A stretch of 64,000 nucleotides of DNA, from assembly GCA_049860595.1 (NCBI GenBank), contig CP187551.1; one strand, written 5' to 3'. The translations under genes and the position numbers were made by a program. This DNA comes from Methanocaldococcus sp. 16A. Lineage in GTDB: Archaea; AGJL01; Methanococci; Methanococcales; Methanocaldococcaceae. This document shows, in pieces, positions 24,667-35,319 of this stretch (its first letter is position 1; every line of letters begins with the position of its first letter). The notes below the pieces were generated by a model. That model searched no databases and was not told where the DNA came from. It saw only the letters and a list, made by a program, of their open reading frames with translations.

Positions 24667-26523
24667 ATGGATATGGAAAAATTAAAGGAAATTTTATTAA
24701 AAGCAAAAAAAATGGGTTTTTCTGATAAACAAATAGCTAATTTATTTGGAATGGATGAGATGGAAGTTAGAGAATTAAGAAAGAAGCTCAACATCATCCC
24801 ACTATATAAAATGGTAGATACCTGTGCTGCAGAGTTTGAGGCAAAAACACCTTATTATTATTCAGCCTATGAAAATTATGTCTATAAGGAGCAGGATGAA
24901 AGCAACCCATCAGACAGAAAGAAAGTAATTATATTAGGTTCTGGACCAATAAGGATTGGACAAGGTATAGAATTTGATTACTCAAGTGTTCATGCAGTCT
25001 TAGCTTTAAAGGAGATGGGTTATGAGGCAATAATTATAAATAACAACCCAGAGACAGTTTCAACTGACTATGATACCTCAGACAAGCTGTATTTTGAACC
25101 AATAACATTTGAAGATGTTTTAAATATAGTTGAAAGAGAGAAGGAGAAAGGAGAGTTTTTAGGAGTTATAGTCCAATTTGGAGGACAAACAGCAATAAAC
25201 TTAGCTATGAAGTTAAAAAAAGCAGGTGTTAATATATTAGGGACTTCTCCAGAAAATATAAACGTTGCTGAAGATAGGGAAGAGTTCTCTAAATTATTAA
25301 AGAAGTTAAATATTCCTCAAGCTGAAGGAGGAACAGCTTTTACAAAAGAAGAGGCTTTAGAAATAGCTAAAAGAATTGGATATCCTGTTTTAGTCAGACC
25401 TTCCTATGTTTTAGGAGGAAGGGCGATGCAAATTGTCTATAGTGAAGATGAATTAATTGAATATATGGAAGAAGCTGTTAGAGTTTCAGAAGAGCATCCA
25501 GTTTTGATAGATAAATTTTTAGAAGATGCCGTTGAGTTAGATGTTGATGCAGTATGTGATGGAGAGAGTGTTTTAATTGGAGCAATAATGGAACATATTG
25601 AAGAGGCAGGAGTGCATAGTGGAGATTCAGCAACAGTAATTCCTCCTCAGACACTACCTAAAGAGATAATTGATACTGTCATTGATTATACTGCAAAGTT
25701 AGCAAGGGAGTTAAATATAGTAGGATTATTAAATGTGCAGTATGCAGTTAAGGATGGAGTTGTTTATGTTTTGGAAGCAAACCCAAGAGCTTCAAGGACT
25801 GTTCCTTATGTAAGTAAATCAGTTGGAATCCCATTAGCTAAGTTAGCTACAAAGGTTATGCTTGGTAAAAAGTTGGAGGAGTTAATTAAAGATTATGATG
25901 TTGATGAAGTAGCTAAAAAAGTTTGGATTGCTAAACCAAAGTATGTATCAATTAAAGAGGCAGTGTTCCCATTCCAAAAATTGCCTGGAGTAGACCCTGT
26001 TTTAGGTCCAGAAATGAAATCTACTGGAGAGGCTATTGGAATTGATAAAGACTTTGGTAGGGCATATTATAAAGCCCAATTATCTGCAAATATGGAATTG
26101 CCAATTGTTGGGAATGTGTTTATAAGTGTTAGGGATAGAGATAAAAAGCATATTGTAGAAGTGGCTAAAAAATTACATGAGCTTGGATTTACAATATATG
26201 CAACAGAAGGTACTGCAAAAGTGTTGAGAGAAAATGGCATTCCAGCAATACTTGTTAAGAAGATATCTGAAAGCCCAAATGATAACATCTTAAAGTTAAT
26301 GAGAGATGGAAAGATACATTTAATAATAAACACATCTTCAGGAAAAAAGGCAAAGTCAGATGGGTATTATATAAGAAGAGCAGCAGTAGATTTGGGTATT
26401 CCATACATTACAACAATTCCAGGAGCTAAAGCGGCAGTTAAAGCAATAGAAGCTGTAAAAAAAGGAGAGCTAAATGTATATTCCTTAGATGAGCTTGATG
26501 CAAGTATAAAAAATAGGTTTTAA
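24667..26523 (+). CDS. carB: Carbamoyl-phosphate synthase large chain, C-terminal half
   Basis: [29 protein letters not shown] domain; own SD aggtga. Confidence 0.96.
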   Translation: MDMEKLKEILLKAKKMGFSDKQIANLFGMDEMEVRELRKKLNIIPLYKMVDTCAAEFEAKTPYYYSAYENYVYKEQDESNPSDRKKVIILGSGPIRIGQGIEFDYSSVHAVLALKEMGYEAIIINNNPETVSTDYDTSDKLYFEPITFEDVLNIVEREKEKGEFLGVIVQFGGQTAINLAMKLKKAGVNILGTSPENINVAEDREEFSKLLKKLNIPQAEGGTAFTKEEALEIAKRIGYPVLVRPSYVLGGRAMQIVYSEDELIEYMEEAVRVSEEHPVLIDKFLEDAVELDVDAVCDGESVLIGAIMEHIEEAGVHSGDSATVIPPQTLPKEIIDTVIDYTAKLARELNIVGLLNVQYAVKDGVVYVLEANPRASRTVPYVSKSVGIPLAKLATKVMLGKKLEELIKDYDVDEVAKKVWIAKPKYVSIKEAVFPFQKLPGVDPVLGPEMKSTGEAIGIDKDFGRAYYKAQLSANMELPIVGNVFISVRDRDKKHIVEVAKKLHELGFTIYATEGTAKVLRENGIPAILVKKISESPNDNILKLMRDGKIHLIINTSSGKKAKSDGYYIRRAAVDLGIPYITTIPGAKAAVKAIEAVKKGELNVYSLDELDASIKNRF

Positions 26524-26966
26524 GCTTTAGATTCAACAATTAATTTATAATCTTCTTCAGGAATTTCTCTCATAGCTTTTCCCATTAAATGACCGCTCCA
26601 TTTCTTTTTATTGGTGATAAATTTAAGTTTTGGAATTAAATCTTTAAAGTTAATTGGTGGTTCAAAAACTTTAATTTCTTTTAATTTAACTCTATATGGA
26701 AACTTCTCATTAGGATTTTTTGGTGTAGGTTTGAATATTTTTGTAGAATCCTTATAAACTTCAGTAATAACTTCATAAACGCCTCTAATGTATGGAGGTT
26801 TATAATCCTTTCCACTTCTCTGAATTTCATAAATAATTAATTTCATACAATAATTAGTTTGTCTCCAACTTTAACTTTATTTATTGTATTCTTATGTCTC
26901 TCTGCAATGCCCCAAATCTTTTTATCTTTTCAGTTATCTTCAGTTATTACAAAGCCAGTATGCCAT
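26520..26966 (-). pseudogene. EVE-domain (UPF0310-like) pseudogene with frameshifted 5' part
   Basis: ATG at 26966 reads MAYWLC and then meets stops; [25 protein letters not shown] is in another frame; short tandem duplication near 26825-26856; intact 3' part FPYRVK...[12 protein letters not shown]. Confidence 0.85.
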
Positions 26967-27013
26967 ATTATCTCCCACTTTAGTTTCCCTACACATTAGT
27001 GTTAGAATGAATA

Positions 27014-27708
27014 GAGGTTGTCAAGATAAGGAAAGGATGTAGTTATAGAAAGAGAGGAAAGACTTAAGCCAGCTAATAACGGTTGAGAATTTAGAATTAT
27101 TTGAGAATCGGTTATAGAAAGATTTAGTTCTTCGTTTGAGTAGGGAGAAGAAACTTTCGACACAATTTCTTAAACCGAATCGAACTCTTTCGAATTTTAA
27201 GCCTAATCTCTGTAGTGCCCACGGGTACCATTTACCACCATCGACTAAAATCTTTGGTTTATTCGAGCAAAATTTTAATATATTTTTTACGAATAAGATT
27301 GTATTGAGGTAGCATCTTGTTTTAGAGACATAGATACCTAAACATTCTTTAGAATCCACATCGATAGCAGACCATACATAAATAGTTTCATTTCCAAGCT
27401 TTAGTTTAGTTTCATCGATTGCTATTAGGTTTCTTGTCTTTCTTTCAGGCTCGTTTAGAATCTTCTTAATCTTGTGGTAATATATTCTAACCGATTCATG
27501 GCTTATGCTCTCAAACTGTGAAAGAAACAAACTAACCTTTCTTAACGATAATCCCAGATAATACAAAATTCCTGCTAAAATTTTAATCTCTATCGACTTC
27601 TTATTCCTTTTAACTATCTTCTCAATCCTTTCCTTTAACATTTCTATCGTAAGTTTCATATCTTTCTTTATTTATACATATTTATTTAATCTTTATCTTG
27701 ACAACCTC
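27014..27708 (-). mobile_element. IS6-family insertion sequence (695 bp)
   Basis: Perfect 16-bp TIRs gaggttgtcaagataa (27014-27029) and ttatcttgacaacctc (27693-27708); 8-bp TSD aatgaata at 27006-27013 and 27709-27716. Confidence 0.95.
27021..27659 (-). CDS. IS6-family DDE transposase
   Basis: [19 protein letters not shown] and [11 protein letters not shown] motifs; stop codon lies inside the TIR. Confidence 0.93.
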   Translation of the reverse strand: MKLTIEMLKERIEKIVKRNKKSIEIKILAGILYYLGLSLRKVSLFLSQFESISHESVRIYYHKIKKILNEPERKTRNLIAIDETKLKLGNETIYVWSAIDVDSKECLGIYVSKTRCYLNTILFVKNILKFCSNKPKILVDGGKWYPWALQRLGLKFERVRFGLRNCVESFFSLLKRRTKSFYNRFSNNSKFSTVISWLKSFLSFYNYILSLS

Positions 27709-27740
27709 AATGAATAAAATAAAAAATAAAAAAAATTTAT

Positions 27741-28520
27741 TTATTCTATATTTAACTTAAACAACTCTATAGCATTTTTATGAGATACTTTATTAATAAT
27801 CTCTTTCTCAATACCATTAATCTTCATTTTTAAAACAGTTCTTGGAACAGCTAAGACATCAGATGCATTTGAAGAGCTATCACTATTTAATAAAATCTTA
27901 TCAGCAAAATCTTTATTTTCTTTAACTATCTCAACAGCTTCTAATGGTGTTAATTTTCCTGGCTGAACTGTTAATCCTATATAAAACCCTTCATCTAAAA
28001 CCCATTTTGCAGTTTCTTTATTGCAGTGTTCAATGACAATATCTCTATTTTTTAAATTTAGTGTAGAAATTTCATCTAATATAGTTTTAGTTACTTCTTC
28101 TTTATTTCTTCTTGGAGTATGAACTACAGCAGGCATATTTAATTCCTCAGCTAACATCAACTGCTTTATAAAAACTTCTTTCTCTTCCTTTGTAGCTTTT
28201 TCTAAACCAATCTCCCCAATACCCACAACTTTATCATAGTTTATATAGCTCTTTATCTTTTCTATAGCTTCATCAATCTCTGGAGGAATAGCCCTTGGAT
28301 GCATTCCAACACATACAAATAAATTTAACCCTACCTTTTTAGCCCTCTCCAACTCATTGATTAAGAGTTTTTCAACATGTGCCTCCCAAACTTTAATATT
28401 TTTCATCTCAAATGGGTCATGGGCTAATGTAATAACAGCATCTAAGCACATTGCCATTAGCTCTAAATCCTCTAATCCCCTTGTATCTGAATGGATGTGA
28501 GTATCTATCATCTCCCCCAC
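27741..28520 (-). CDS. TatD-family TIM-barrel hydrolase
   Basis: DTHIH, GMHP, GIGEIGL, HTP and NSD motifs. Confidence 0.9.
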   Translation of the reverse strand: MGEMIDTHIHSDTRGLEDLELMAMCLDAVITLAHDPFEMKNIKVWEAHVEKLLINELERAKKVGLNLFVCVGMHPRAIPPEIDEAIEKIKSYINYDKVVGIGEIGLEKATKEEKEVFIKQLMLAEELNMPAVVHTPRRNKEEVTKTILDEISTLNLKNRDIVIEHCNKETAKWVLDEGFYIGLTVQPGKLTPLEAVEIVKENKDFADKILLNSDSSSNASDVLAVPRTVLKMKINGIEKEIINKVSHKNAIELFKLNIE

Positions 28521-28577
28521 CTCAATTAATTAAACTAAATTAATTTAATATACAATGATACCAATGATATAATTATA

Positions 28578-29171
28578 TTAATCTATCTTTCTACCTACGG
28601 GCATTAATAATAAAGGATGCTCATCTATCTTTAAAATTTCTTTTATTTCATTATCATAAAATGCCCCAACAGCCACAGTTCCCAATCCCAAAGATGTAGC
28701 CATTAAATAAATATTCTGAGAGACACATCCAACTTCCATATAGACATATCTAAAGCCCCTATCCCCATAAACCCTTGTAGTTCTTTCATAATCAGCAGCT
28801 ATAATTAAAACTATTGGAGCTACAGCAATAAACATCTGCTTTAATGCCGCTAATGCTAATTCATAACCTACTTCTTCATCTAAAACTCTAACAATTGAAT
28901 GCCTCTCAGGAATGTATTTATAAACCCCTTCCTCTAAACCAACAACATCCTTCACATTAACATAAATCTCTAATGGATAAGTTGCTCCAGCAGAGGGAAC
29001 AGTTTTAAAGCCATCTTCATTAGTTACTCCATAAGCGGCAAATAAAATATGAGATAGCTCCCTTAAAGTTAAAGGAGAAGAGCTATACTCCCTTACTGAC
29101 CTCCTCTTTAATAAAACATCTTCTAACTTTATTTCCTCTATATCAGGTAGTTGGATTTCCATGGATATCAC
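28578..29171 (-). CDS. SagB/ThcOx-family nitroreductase
   Basis: RRSVREY, PSAGATYPLE and QNIYL motifs. Confidence 0.9.
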   Translation of the reverse strand: MISMEIQLPDIEEIKLEDVLLKRRSVREYSSSPLTLRELSHILFAAYGVTNEDGFKTVPSAGATYPLEIYVNVKDVVGLEEGVYKYIPERHSIVRVLDEEVGYELALAALKQMFIAVAPIVLIIAADYERTTRVYGDRGFRYVYMEVGCVSQNIYLMATSLGLGTVAVGAFYDNEIKEILKIDEHPLLLMPVGRKID

Positions 29172-29193
29172 TCCATTTATAATTTAATATTAT

Positions 29194-29730
29194 TTAATTT
29201 TGTTTTTCTCTTATAACTACTTTTCCATGATTTGATGGAACTATTTTTATCTTTGCATTTTCAAACTCTCTATAGAGAGTTTTACCTTCAAACAACCTAT
29301 CTAAAAAAATTGCTAAAGCTGCAACCTCAGAATGTGGCTGATTTCCAACAGAAATGTTATAATCTGCCAATTCATAAACTTCCTTTGGCACTTTTTCAGC
29401 TCCAACAATAACCAATATATCTTTCTCTCCACTCAATTCTCTAATTTCTGGCATTATCTCATTAATATTAGCCCCATACATTGTTAAATGAACTACAATC
29501 CCTCTTTTTTTAAATTCTCTAATGTATTTTTTCCAATGTTTCTCAACAACAAACTTAAAATTACCTCCCCAACTTTCCACAACTTTTTTAACACTATTTT
29601 CAACGTGTTCATCTTCAGTAGTAAATATTATTTTTTCAGCTCCTAATGCCCTTGCTGTTAAAGCAACGTGTGTTGATATCCTCTTATCTCTATCTCCTCT
29701 ATGTCCTAATCTCAAAACTTCAACAACCAT
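29194..29730 (-). CDS. trm56: tRNA (cytidine56-2'-O)-methyltransferase
   Basis: [24 protein letters not shown] and [10 protein letters not shown] motifs. Confidence 0.96.
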   Translation of the reverse strand: MVVEVLRLGHRGDRDKRISTHVALTARALGAEKIIFTTEDEHVENSVKKVVESWGGNFKFVVEKHWKKYIREFKKRGIVVHLTMYGANINEIMPEIRELSGEKDILVIVGAEKVPKEVYELADYNISVGNQPHSEVAALAIFLDRLFEGKTLYREFENAKIKIVPSNHGKVVIREKQN

Positions 29731-29774
29731 AATATCCCTATTTTTAAATTTTAAATATAAAAAATTTTAAAGAT

Positions 29775-30905
29775 TTAATTTTTTAAAATAAAATAGTACA
29801 GCTCTTTCAATGGAATTTTATATTTTTTAGCTATCTTTTTTAAATCTTCAAATTCTGGTTTTTTAGATATTATTTCATCATCTATTTTCCCAATTTTTAT
29901 TTTAACAGGCTCATTAAGCAATTTTATAGTTTCAAATTCTCTATCTGCAGTTATTCTCCCTATATTATAAATTCTAATCCCCAAAGTCCCTGTTTCTCTC
30001 ATTATAATCTTAGCTACCTCTTTAACTTTATCTCTTTTAACGATTGCCCTTATTGTATATGCAGGTCTATTCTTTTTCATATACGTTGGAATAAAATGTA
30101 AATCTCTAACTTTCCCATCTAAAACTTCATATAAATAGCCTAATATCTCTGCTGAAATGTCATCAACATTAGTTTCCAATAAAACAATATCTTCCAATTT
30201 GATATTTTCAATTTTAAACACCCTCAACACATTCAATATCTCCAAATCTTTATCTCCCGCTCCATAAGAAACTTCCTTTATTGTAAAACTTCCTTTAATC
30301 AATTTTGGGTTTATATATTTAATAATAGCCGCTCCAGTAGGTGTTGTAAGCTCCTCCTCTATGTTTGAAAAAAATATCTCAAGCCCTTTTAATATCTCAG
30401 CTGTTGCTGGTGCTGGAACTGGTAATAATCCATGCTCTGTCTTTACAAAACCCTCTCCAACATTTATTGGTTTATAATAACAGTTATTTTTTAAATTTAA
30501 TTCATTTATAATATATGCCGCTCCAACAATATCAGTTATTGTATCATAATTCCCAATTTCATGAAAATGAACCTCCTCAATATCTACATTATGAACTTTG
30601 CTCTCTGCCTCAGCCAATATCTTTAAAATTTCTAAAGCAGAGATTTTAATATTTTCTGGAATCTCAGCTTTTTTAATAATTTTTTTAATATCTTTGTAAG
30701 TATTTGCTTTATAATCAACATTATCCTTTGGAATTATATTAACTTTGTTTGCAATTATATGGCATTTTTTAACTTTTTTTATCTCAATATCAACATCAAT
30801 AACTTTTTTAATTGTATTTATAAGCTTTTCTTTATTAACAAAATCAATCATAGCTGCTAAAAACATATCTCCACTAATTCCAGAAAATGGGTCTAATAGA
30901 AACAT
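29775..30905 (-). CDS. larC: Nickel-pincer cofactor nickel insertase LarC
   Basis: DPFSGISGDM, VHFHE, PVPAPAT, ELTTPTGAA, ETNVDD and MKKNRP motifs; SD before ATG 30905. Confidence 0.9.
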   Translation of the reverse strand: MFLLDPFSGISGDMFLAAMIDFVNKEKLINTIKKVIDVDIEIKKVKKCHIIANKVNIIPKDNVDYKANTYKDIKKIIKKAEIPENIKISALEILKILAEAESKVHNVDIEEVHFHEIGNYDTITDIVGAAYIINELNLKNNCYYKPINVGEGFVKTEHGLLPVPAPATAEILKGLEIFFSNIEEELTTPTGAAIIKYINPKLIKGSFTIKEVSYGAGDKDLEILNVLRVFKIENIKLEDIVLLETNVDDISAEILGYLYEVLDGKVRDLHFIPTYMKKNRPAYTIRAIVKRDKVKEVAKIIMRETGTLGIRIYNIGRITADREFETIKLLNEPVKIKIGKIDDEIISKKPEFEDLKKIAKKYKIPLKELYYFILKN

Positions 30906-30930
30906 AAAAAATCCCCTTTTTAATTCTTTA

Positions 30931-31032
30931 AATAGAACTTTCACAGTTTATATGTTAAATTTAGAACTTTAACACATTTAAGTGTCTATATCCAATAAAA
31001 AATAAAAAATTAATTACTGCAAAAGTCTAATT
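30931..31032. repeat. MJRE-like palindromic repeat, degenerate copy 2
   Basis: aatagaactttcaca...tgcaaaagtctaatt termini; central acacatttaagtgtcta similar to copy 1. Confidence 0.75.
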
Positions 31033-31045
31033 AAAAATAAAAGTT

Positions 31046-33826
31046 TTAGTTTAGATAGTCAGTTCCATAATCTACTTCATATATTTTAAATCCTGGCTGA
31101 ACGCCAAAGTTTGTTGGGTCTATTGTTGCTTTAACCAATTTTATATGCTTCAATCCATAGCCATCTAAGAAGTGCAGTTTAGCATAGATACTATCTTCCA
31201 AGTTTCTTGTTGATAGCCATGCATAACCTCTTCCATCTGCTTCTATTCTAATAAACTCTGATAACTGCCCATCTTTATTTAATACAATTTCTTTAACACC
31301 TAAAGGTGTTTTAATATACAACTTATGTATCTTAAATGTTCCAATAATTCTTGTCTGACCATTTATTTTTTGAACTACTGCTGTTGAAATATTTGTGCTG
31401 TTTATTAATGTAACATAGCTATTTCCATAAACATTTACATTTGCTACTATTGTTCCATTTCCTAAGTAATATGAAGTTCCTTTAAAGAACATTCCCTTAT
31501 CTCTTTTCTCATTTGGTGTGTTCGGAGGTAAAGAGAAGTTCCAGAATCCAAACATACTCCAAACTGGAGCAATATCTGTCATTCTGTTGTAGGTTATTAA
31601 ATAGTCTGGATTTGGATGCTCTGGATGTGTTGCATTTAAAACTAATTTTGCTTCCTTAGGAGTTAAACCATATTTCTTAGTTAATATTTCATAAGCCTTA
31701 CTTCTACTTACTGGAAGAATTTCATTCAATATCTCAACGGTCTTTGAGACATTGTTATGTGTAAAGTTCATTAAGACACTTCCCTTTTTAAATGCCTCAT
31801 CTCCACTTGTCGCCAACATCCTAATTATTCCAATAGATAGGTTTTCATTTGATGTGGCAAAAGCTCTACCTACCCAGTAAGCTCTTGGACTATTTTGAGA
31901 ACCTCCATCAAATGTTACCATTCTTCTTGCTTCATATGTATAGATGTGCCCGTTGTCCCACCAGCAGGTTATAACTGCATTTTTTGGAGCATTTGCCTTT
32001 ATCCAATCTAAACCCTCTTTCCATCCGTTGTTAAATGTTGGAGCAGTTGTAAATGGAATTACTGCAGATAGTGGTGGAATTACCACACCAATACAAAGCA
32101 ATACTGCAGAGAGCTTTATTATAGTCTCTTTTTTATCATTTATTGCTGTAACGATATCTGAGATTTTATAAATAGCCAATAATGCTATGACAATTAAAAA
32201 TCCGTATGCTATTGGAGGGACATAGGTTGTTGGCAATAATATTTCAGAAATTTTTGTAGCGTATTTTGAAATTACTAATAATCCAAATATTCCTACTGGA
32301 ATTCCTAATCCAAATATTGCCATGTCATTTTTCATCTTTAATAATCTATCCAACTGCCCTATAAATATCCCAAACCCTATAGCTAATGGAGGAGTTGCTA
32401 AGGATGCAAATCTAACACCTTTTGTTGCTGCATATAAAGTTATTAATAACCATAAAACTAACAATAAAGCATATTTTACATCAAACTTTATTTTATCATA
32501 TCTCAATGAAATAAAAGATAATATTACTCCAAATATCCCTAAAATTGCCATAATGTTTGAACCAATAGCATTTATAAATATCTCTTTATATGAACTTGGC
32601 TTTGCAAGCTCTGCAACCGTTGTATATACATTAGGCCAACCAGTGGTTTGAGTATAGGTTGAAAGTATTTTATTAATCCCAATAGGTGTAGTAATTGGTG
32701 ATAATGCCATTCCTATTCCATATACTGCTGTTAATAATATAAATGCCCCAATTATGTAAAAGATAGCTAAATTTACAACATTCTTAAAGTTTCCAATTAA
32801 AATAAAATCTTTTATTTTTACTTGTGATTTTAGTAATGCCAATGCAACAACATAGAGTATTAAAAATCCTACAATGACATCAAATCCATACCACCATGCA
32901 CCCCACATTTTTGGAGCTACAACTGTTAAGATTACTGCCAATAAAGCAAATAATTCAAACTCTACTTCATTACCTTTTAATTTCTTAATTCCTGCTATTA
33001 CTAAACCAACTAATATGATTAATATTGAGATAGTGTAGAATAATATTGAAGCAATAACTACACTTTCTCCTGATGCAATATTTAGATAAGCTCCAATTAT
33101 TAGTTCAGTTATCAATGCAATAATTACAAATAATGAGATTGGATTTTTAATATCTTTTTTAAATAAGGCTGTTTTTTCTTGGCTGTGTATAGCTTCAAGG
33201 ATGAACCACACTATGAATAGTATAGGTAGAACTTCAAATATTGGAGTGTCAGCAAAACCTGCTGATGTTTTGTATAATAAAGAAGGTGCTGATATTAGAG
33301 CTATAGCTCCAACAATCCCTCCAATATTACTATTTGTAACTCTCCTAACTATGAAATAAATTGGAATCCCTAAAAGCATTCCTAAAACTGCTGGAACCCA
33401 GAAGGCAGCGTTCATAATGGTTACAGTTGCATCAATAGAATGCCATATGTAATAGATTGCTAATGTTGCTAAACAAATTATAGGAGGTTCCCAAGACATT
33501 GGATGTCCTGGAGGTGCATATTGGTATAAATCATAAGGCACTTCTTTTCCATCAATAATTTTTGTTGTATCTCCACAATGTCCGTTGTTGTAAAGGTTCT
33601 CAGATAATCTTAAGTAGTAGTAAGGGTCTAATGCTAAAAGATACATCCTTCCATGTTCATCTGAAAACATCTTTTTTAAAAACTCGTTATCTTGAGCAAA
33701 TTTCATATCTGCTGTTTGAGCTCTCAGCTGGAAACTTATAAACATTAACATTAATACAATTAAAAAGACTTTTATCCAGCTCTTTTCTTTAAAGAAATTA
33801 TTTATTTTTTCTAATACGTTACTCAT
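31046..33826 (-). CDS. aglB: Oligosaccharyltransferase AglB (STT3)
   Basis: DPYYY, FADT, TVAE and WWDNG motifs; many TM helices; SD aggtga before ATG 33826. Confidence 0.96.
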   Translation of the reverse strand: MSNVLEKINNFFKEKSWIKVFLIVLMLMFISFQLRAQTADMKFAQDNEFLKKMFSDEHGRMYLLALDPYYYLRLSENLYNNGHCGDTTKIIDGKEVPYDLYQYAPPGHPMSWEPPIICLATLAIYYIWHSIDATVTIMNAAFWVPAVLGMLLGIPIYFIVRRVTNSNIGGIVGAIALISAPSLLYKTSAGFADTPIFEVLPILFIVWFILEAIHSQEKTALFKKDIKNPISLFVIIALITELIIGAYLNIASGESVVIASILFYTISILIILVGLVIAGIKKLKGNEVEFELFALLAVILTVVAPKMWGAWWYGFDVIVGFLILYVVALALLKSQVKIKDFILIGNFKNVVNLAIFYIIGAFILLTAVYGIGMALSPITTPIGINKILSTYTQTTGWPNVYTTVAELAKPSSYKEIFINAIGSNIMAILGIFGVILSFISLRYDKIKFDVKYALLLVLWLLITLYAATKGVRFASLATPPLAIGFGIFIGQLDRLLKMKNDMAIFGLGIPVGIFGLLVISKYATKISEILLPTTYVPPIAYGFLIVIALLAIYKISDIVTAINDKKETIIKLSAVLLCIGVVIPPLSAVIPFTTAPTFNNGWKEGLDWIKANAPKNAVITCWWDNGHIYTYEARRMVTFDGGSQNSPRAYWVGRAFATSNENLSIGIIRMLATSGDEAFKKGSVLMNFTHNNVSKTVEILNEILPVSRSKAYEILTKKYGLTPKEAKLVLNATHPEHPNPDYLITYNRMTDIAPVWSMFGFWNFSLPPNTPNEKRDKGMFFKGTSYYLGNGTIVANVNVYGNSYVTLINSTNISTAVVQKINGQTRIIGTFKIHKLYIKTPLGVKEIVLNKDGQLSEFIRIEADGRGYAWLSTRNLEDSIYAKLHFLDGYGLKHIKLVKATIDPTNFGVQPGFKIYEVDYGTDYLN

Positions 33827-34145
33827 GATTTTCACCTTTATACACATAGCCATCAGTTACTACTATCAACCCATTATCTTTGATAATTTCATGTAATTTA
33901 GGCAATACCTTATTTATATTTTCTTCAATATCAATGCATTCAATAATCACTGGGAGGTTTATGGACAATCTAAATATATCTACTTCAGCTATCCCTCTAA
34001 CCCCATAACCGCATATCCCCTTATAAACGGTAGCTCCACTAACCCCCTCCCTTTTCAGCATTTTAACAATATGTTTATACATCAATTCTCCTTCAAATTT
34101 ATCTCCTTCCCTTAAATAAATTTTTAAAATTTTTACTTTTATCAT
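33819..34145 (-). CDS. DUF190 (PII-like) protein
   Basis: GATVYKGICGYG and LSINLPVIIE motifs; usual partner of crcB. Confidence 0.88.
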   Translation of the reverse strand: MIKVKILKIYLREGDKFEGELMYKHIVKMLKREGVSGATVYKGICGYGVRGIAEVDIFRLSINLPVIIECIDIEENINKVLPKLHEIIKDNGLIVVTDGYVYKGENHE

Positions 34146-34154
34146 GGATTCCAC

Positions 34155-34529
34155 CTATTTAAAGATAACTAAAACTACAATTCTACCAAGATAAACCATA
34201 ATTAAACAGCCAATTATATTGAGTAATATATTTAGCAGAGCTTTAAATAACAGTCCTTCATCAACTAAGGCAAAGGTTTCATAAGAAAATGTTGAAAATG
34301 TTGTTAAAGCTCCACAAAAGCCAGTTCCAATAAACAATTTATATTCACTTGGTATTGAAGTTAGTAGAGAGCTATACATCAAAAATCCTAAGATAAAACT
34401 ACCTATTAAATTAACTGCTAACGTTCCCGTAGGCAATCCAAATTTTACTGGGACAATTCCGCTAATTAAATATCTAAAAATAGCCCCAAAAAATCCTCCA
34501 ACCCCTATTAGCAAGAGCTCTCTAATCAT
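34155..34529 (-). CDS. crcB: Fluoride channel CrcB/FluC
   Basis: GGFFGAIFRY and TGFCGALTTFSTF motifs. Confidence 0.95.
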   Translation of the reverse strand: MIRELLLIGVGGFFGAIFRYLISGIVPVKFGLPTGTLAVNLIGSFILGFLMYSSLLTSIPSEYKLFIGTGFCGALTTFSTFSYETFALVDEGLLFKALLNILLNIIGCLIMVYLGRIVVLVIFK

Positions 34530-35154
34530 CGTTTCCCTCATAAACACAGACGGTTAGATATGAAATATTTTCTTTAACAATATCCTTTAAAGATTTTAAG
34601 CTAATTTTCTCATTAGGATATGTTAGATTTTCAAGCACCCAAATTTTCATATTTGGATTTACACCATTATCTATCAAAAACTTTGCATCTTCCTTTAAAT
34701 TGTTTGGTAAGAATATAACTTTCTCATGATTTTTTATTAACTTTAAAAGCTTTTCCTTATTTTCTTTTTTTCCATGGAGGGTTACTATATTATAATCTTC
34801 CCATGAGATTTTTAATTTTGCTGCTGCTATTTGTATAGATGAAATTCCAGAGATAACCTCAATATCTTCTTTTTTAGCACCAATCTTTAATAGTGTTTTT
34901 AATAAACCACTAAAACATGGGTCTCCTGTGGATAATATAGCAATTTTTTTATTTACTGTATCTTCATTGTTTATTATTTCTTTCAATTCATCAATTAAAT
35001 TTTTTGTTAGAATTATTTTCTTATCTTCATCTATATTAAACAATTTTAAAGCTCTTTTACTGCCAACTACTAAATCAGCATTTTCAATGATTTTTATTGC
35101 TTTTAGTGTTAGATAATCTTTATCTCCAGGACCAACTCCAACTATATAAATCAT
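34522..35154 (-). CDS. cbiE: Cobalt-precorrin-7 C5-methyltransferase
   Basis: VGVGPGD, STGDPCFSG, GISSIQ and ENLTYPNE motifs. Confidence 0.9.
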   Translation of the reverse strand: MIYIVGVGPGDKDYLTLKAIKIIENADLVVGSKRALKLFNIDEDKKIILTKNLIDELKEIINNEDTVNKKIAILSTGDPCFSGLLKTLLKIGAKKEDIEVISGISSIQIAAAKLKISWEDYNIVTLHGKKENKEKLLKLIKNHEKVIFLPNNLKEDAKFLIDNGVNPNMKIWVLENLTYPNEKISLKSLKDIVKENISYLTVCVYEGNDD

Positions 35155-35221
35155 AGTTTCACACATTATAATGAAAAATTTTATGTTAAAAATTAAGAAT
35201 TTTTTAGAGAATTTCAATATT

Positions 35222-35318
35222 ACAGGACTTTCGCAGTTTATAATATTAGTTTTGGAACTTTGACATCTTTAGGTATTTCATAATAATAAAAATATATTTA
35301 TTCTTGCGAAAGTCCTAT
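35222..35318. repeat. MJRE-like palindromic repeat, copy 3 (opposite orientation to copy 1)
   Basis: aggactttcgca...tgcgaaagtcct IR; internal AT-rich arms similar to copy 1 reversed. Confidence 0.88.
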
Positions 35319-35319
35319 A

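Noticed and set aside
26512-26523. aataggtttt at the carB 3' end resembling the mini-palindrome terminus
   Set aside because: Only a short AT-rich half-match with no partner arm
29775-30905. Programmed frameshift in larC
   Set aside because: The ORF is continuous; the upstream extension to 30944 only runs into the MJRE copy
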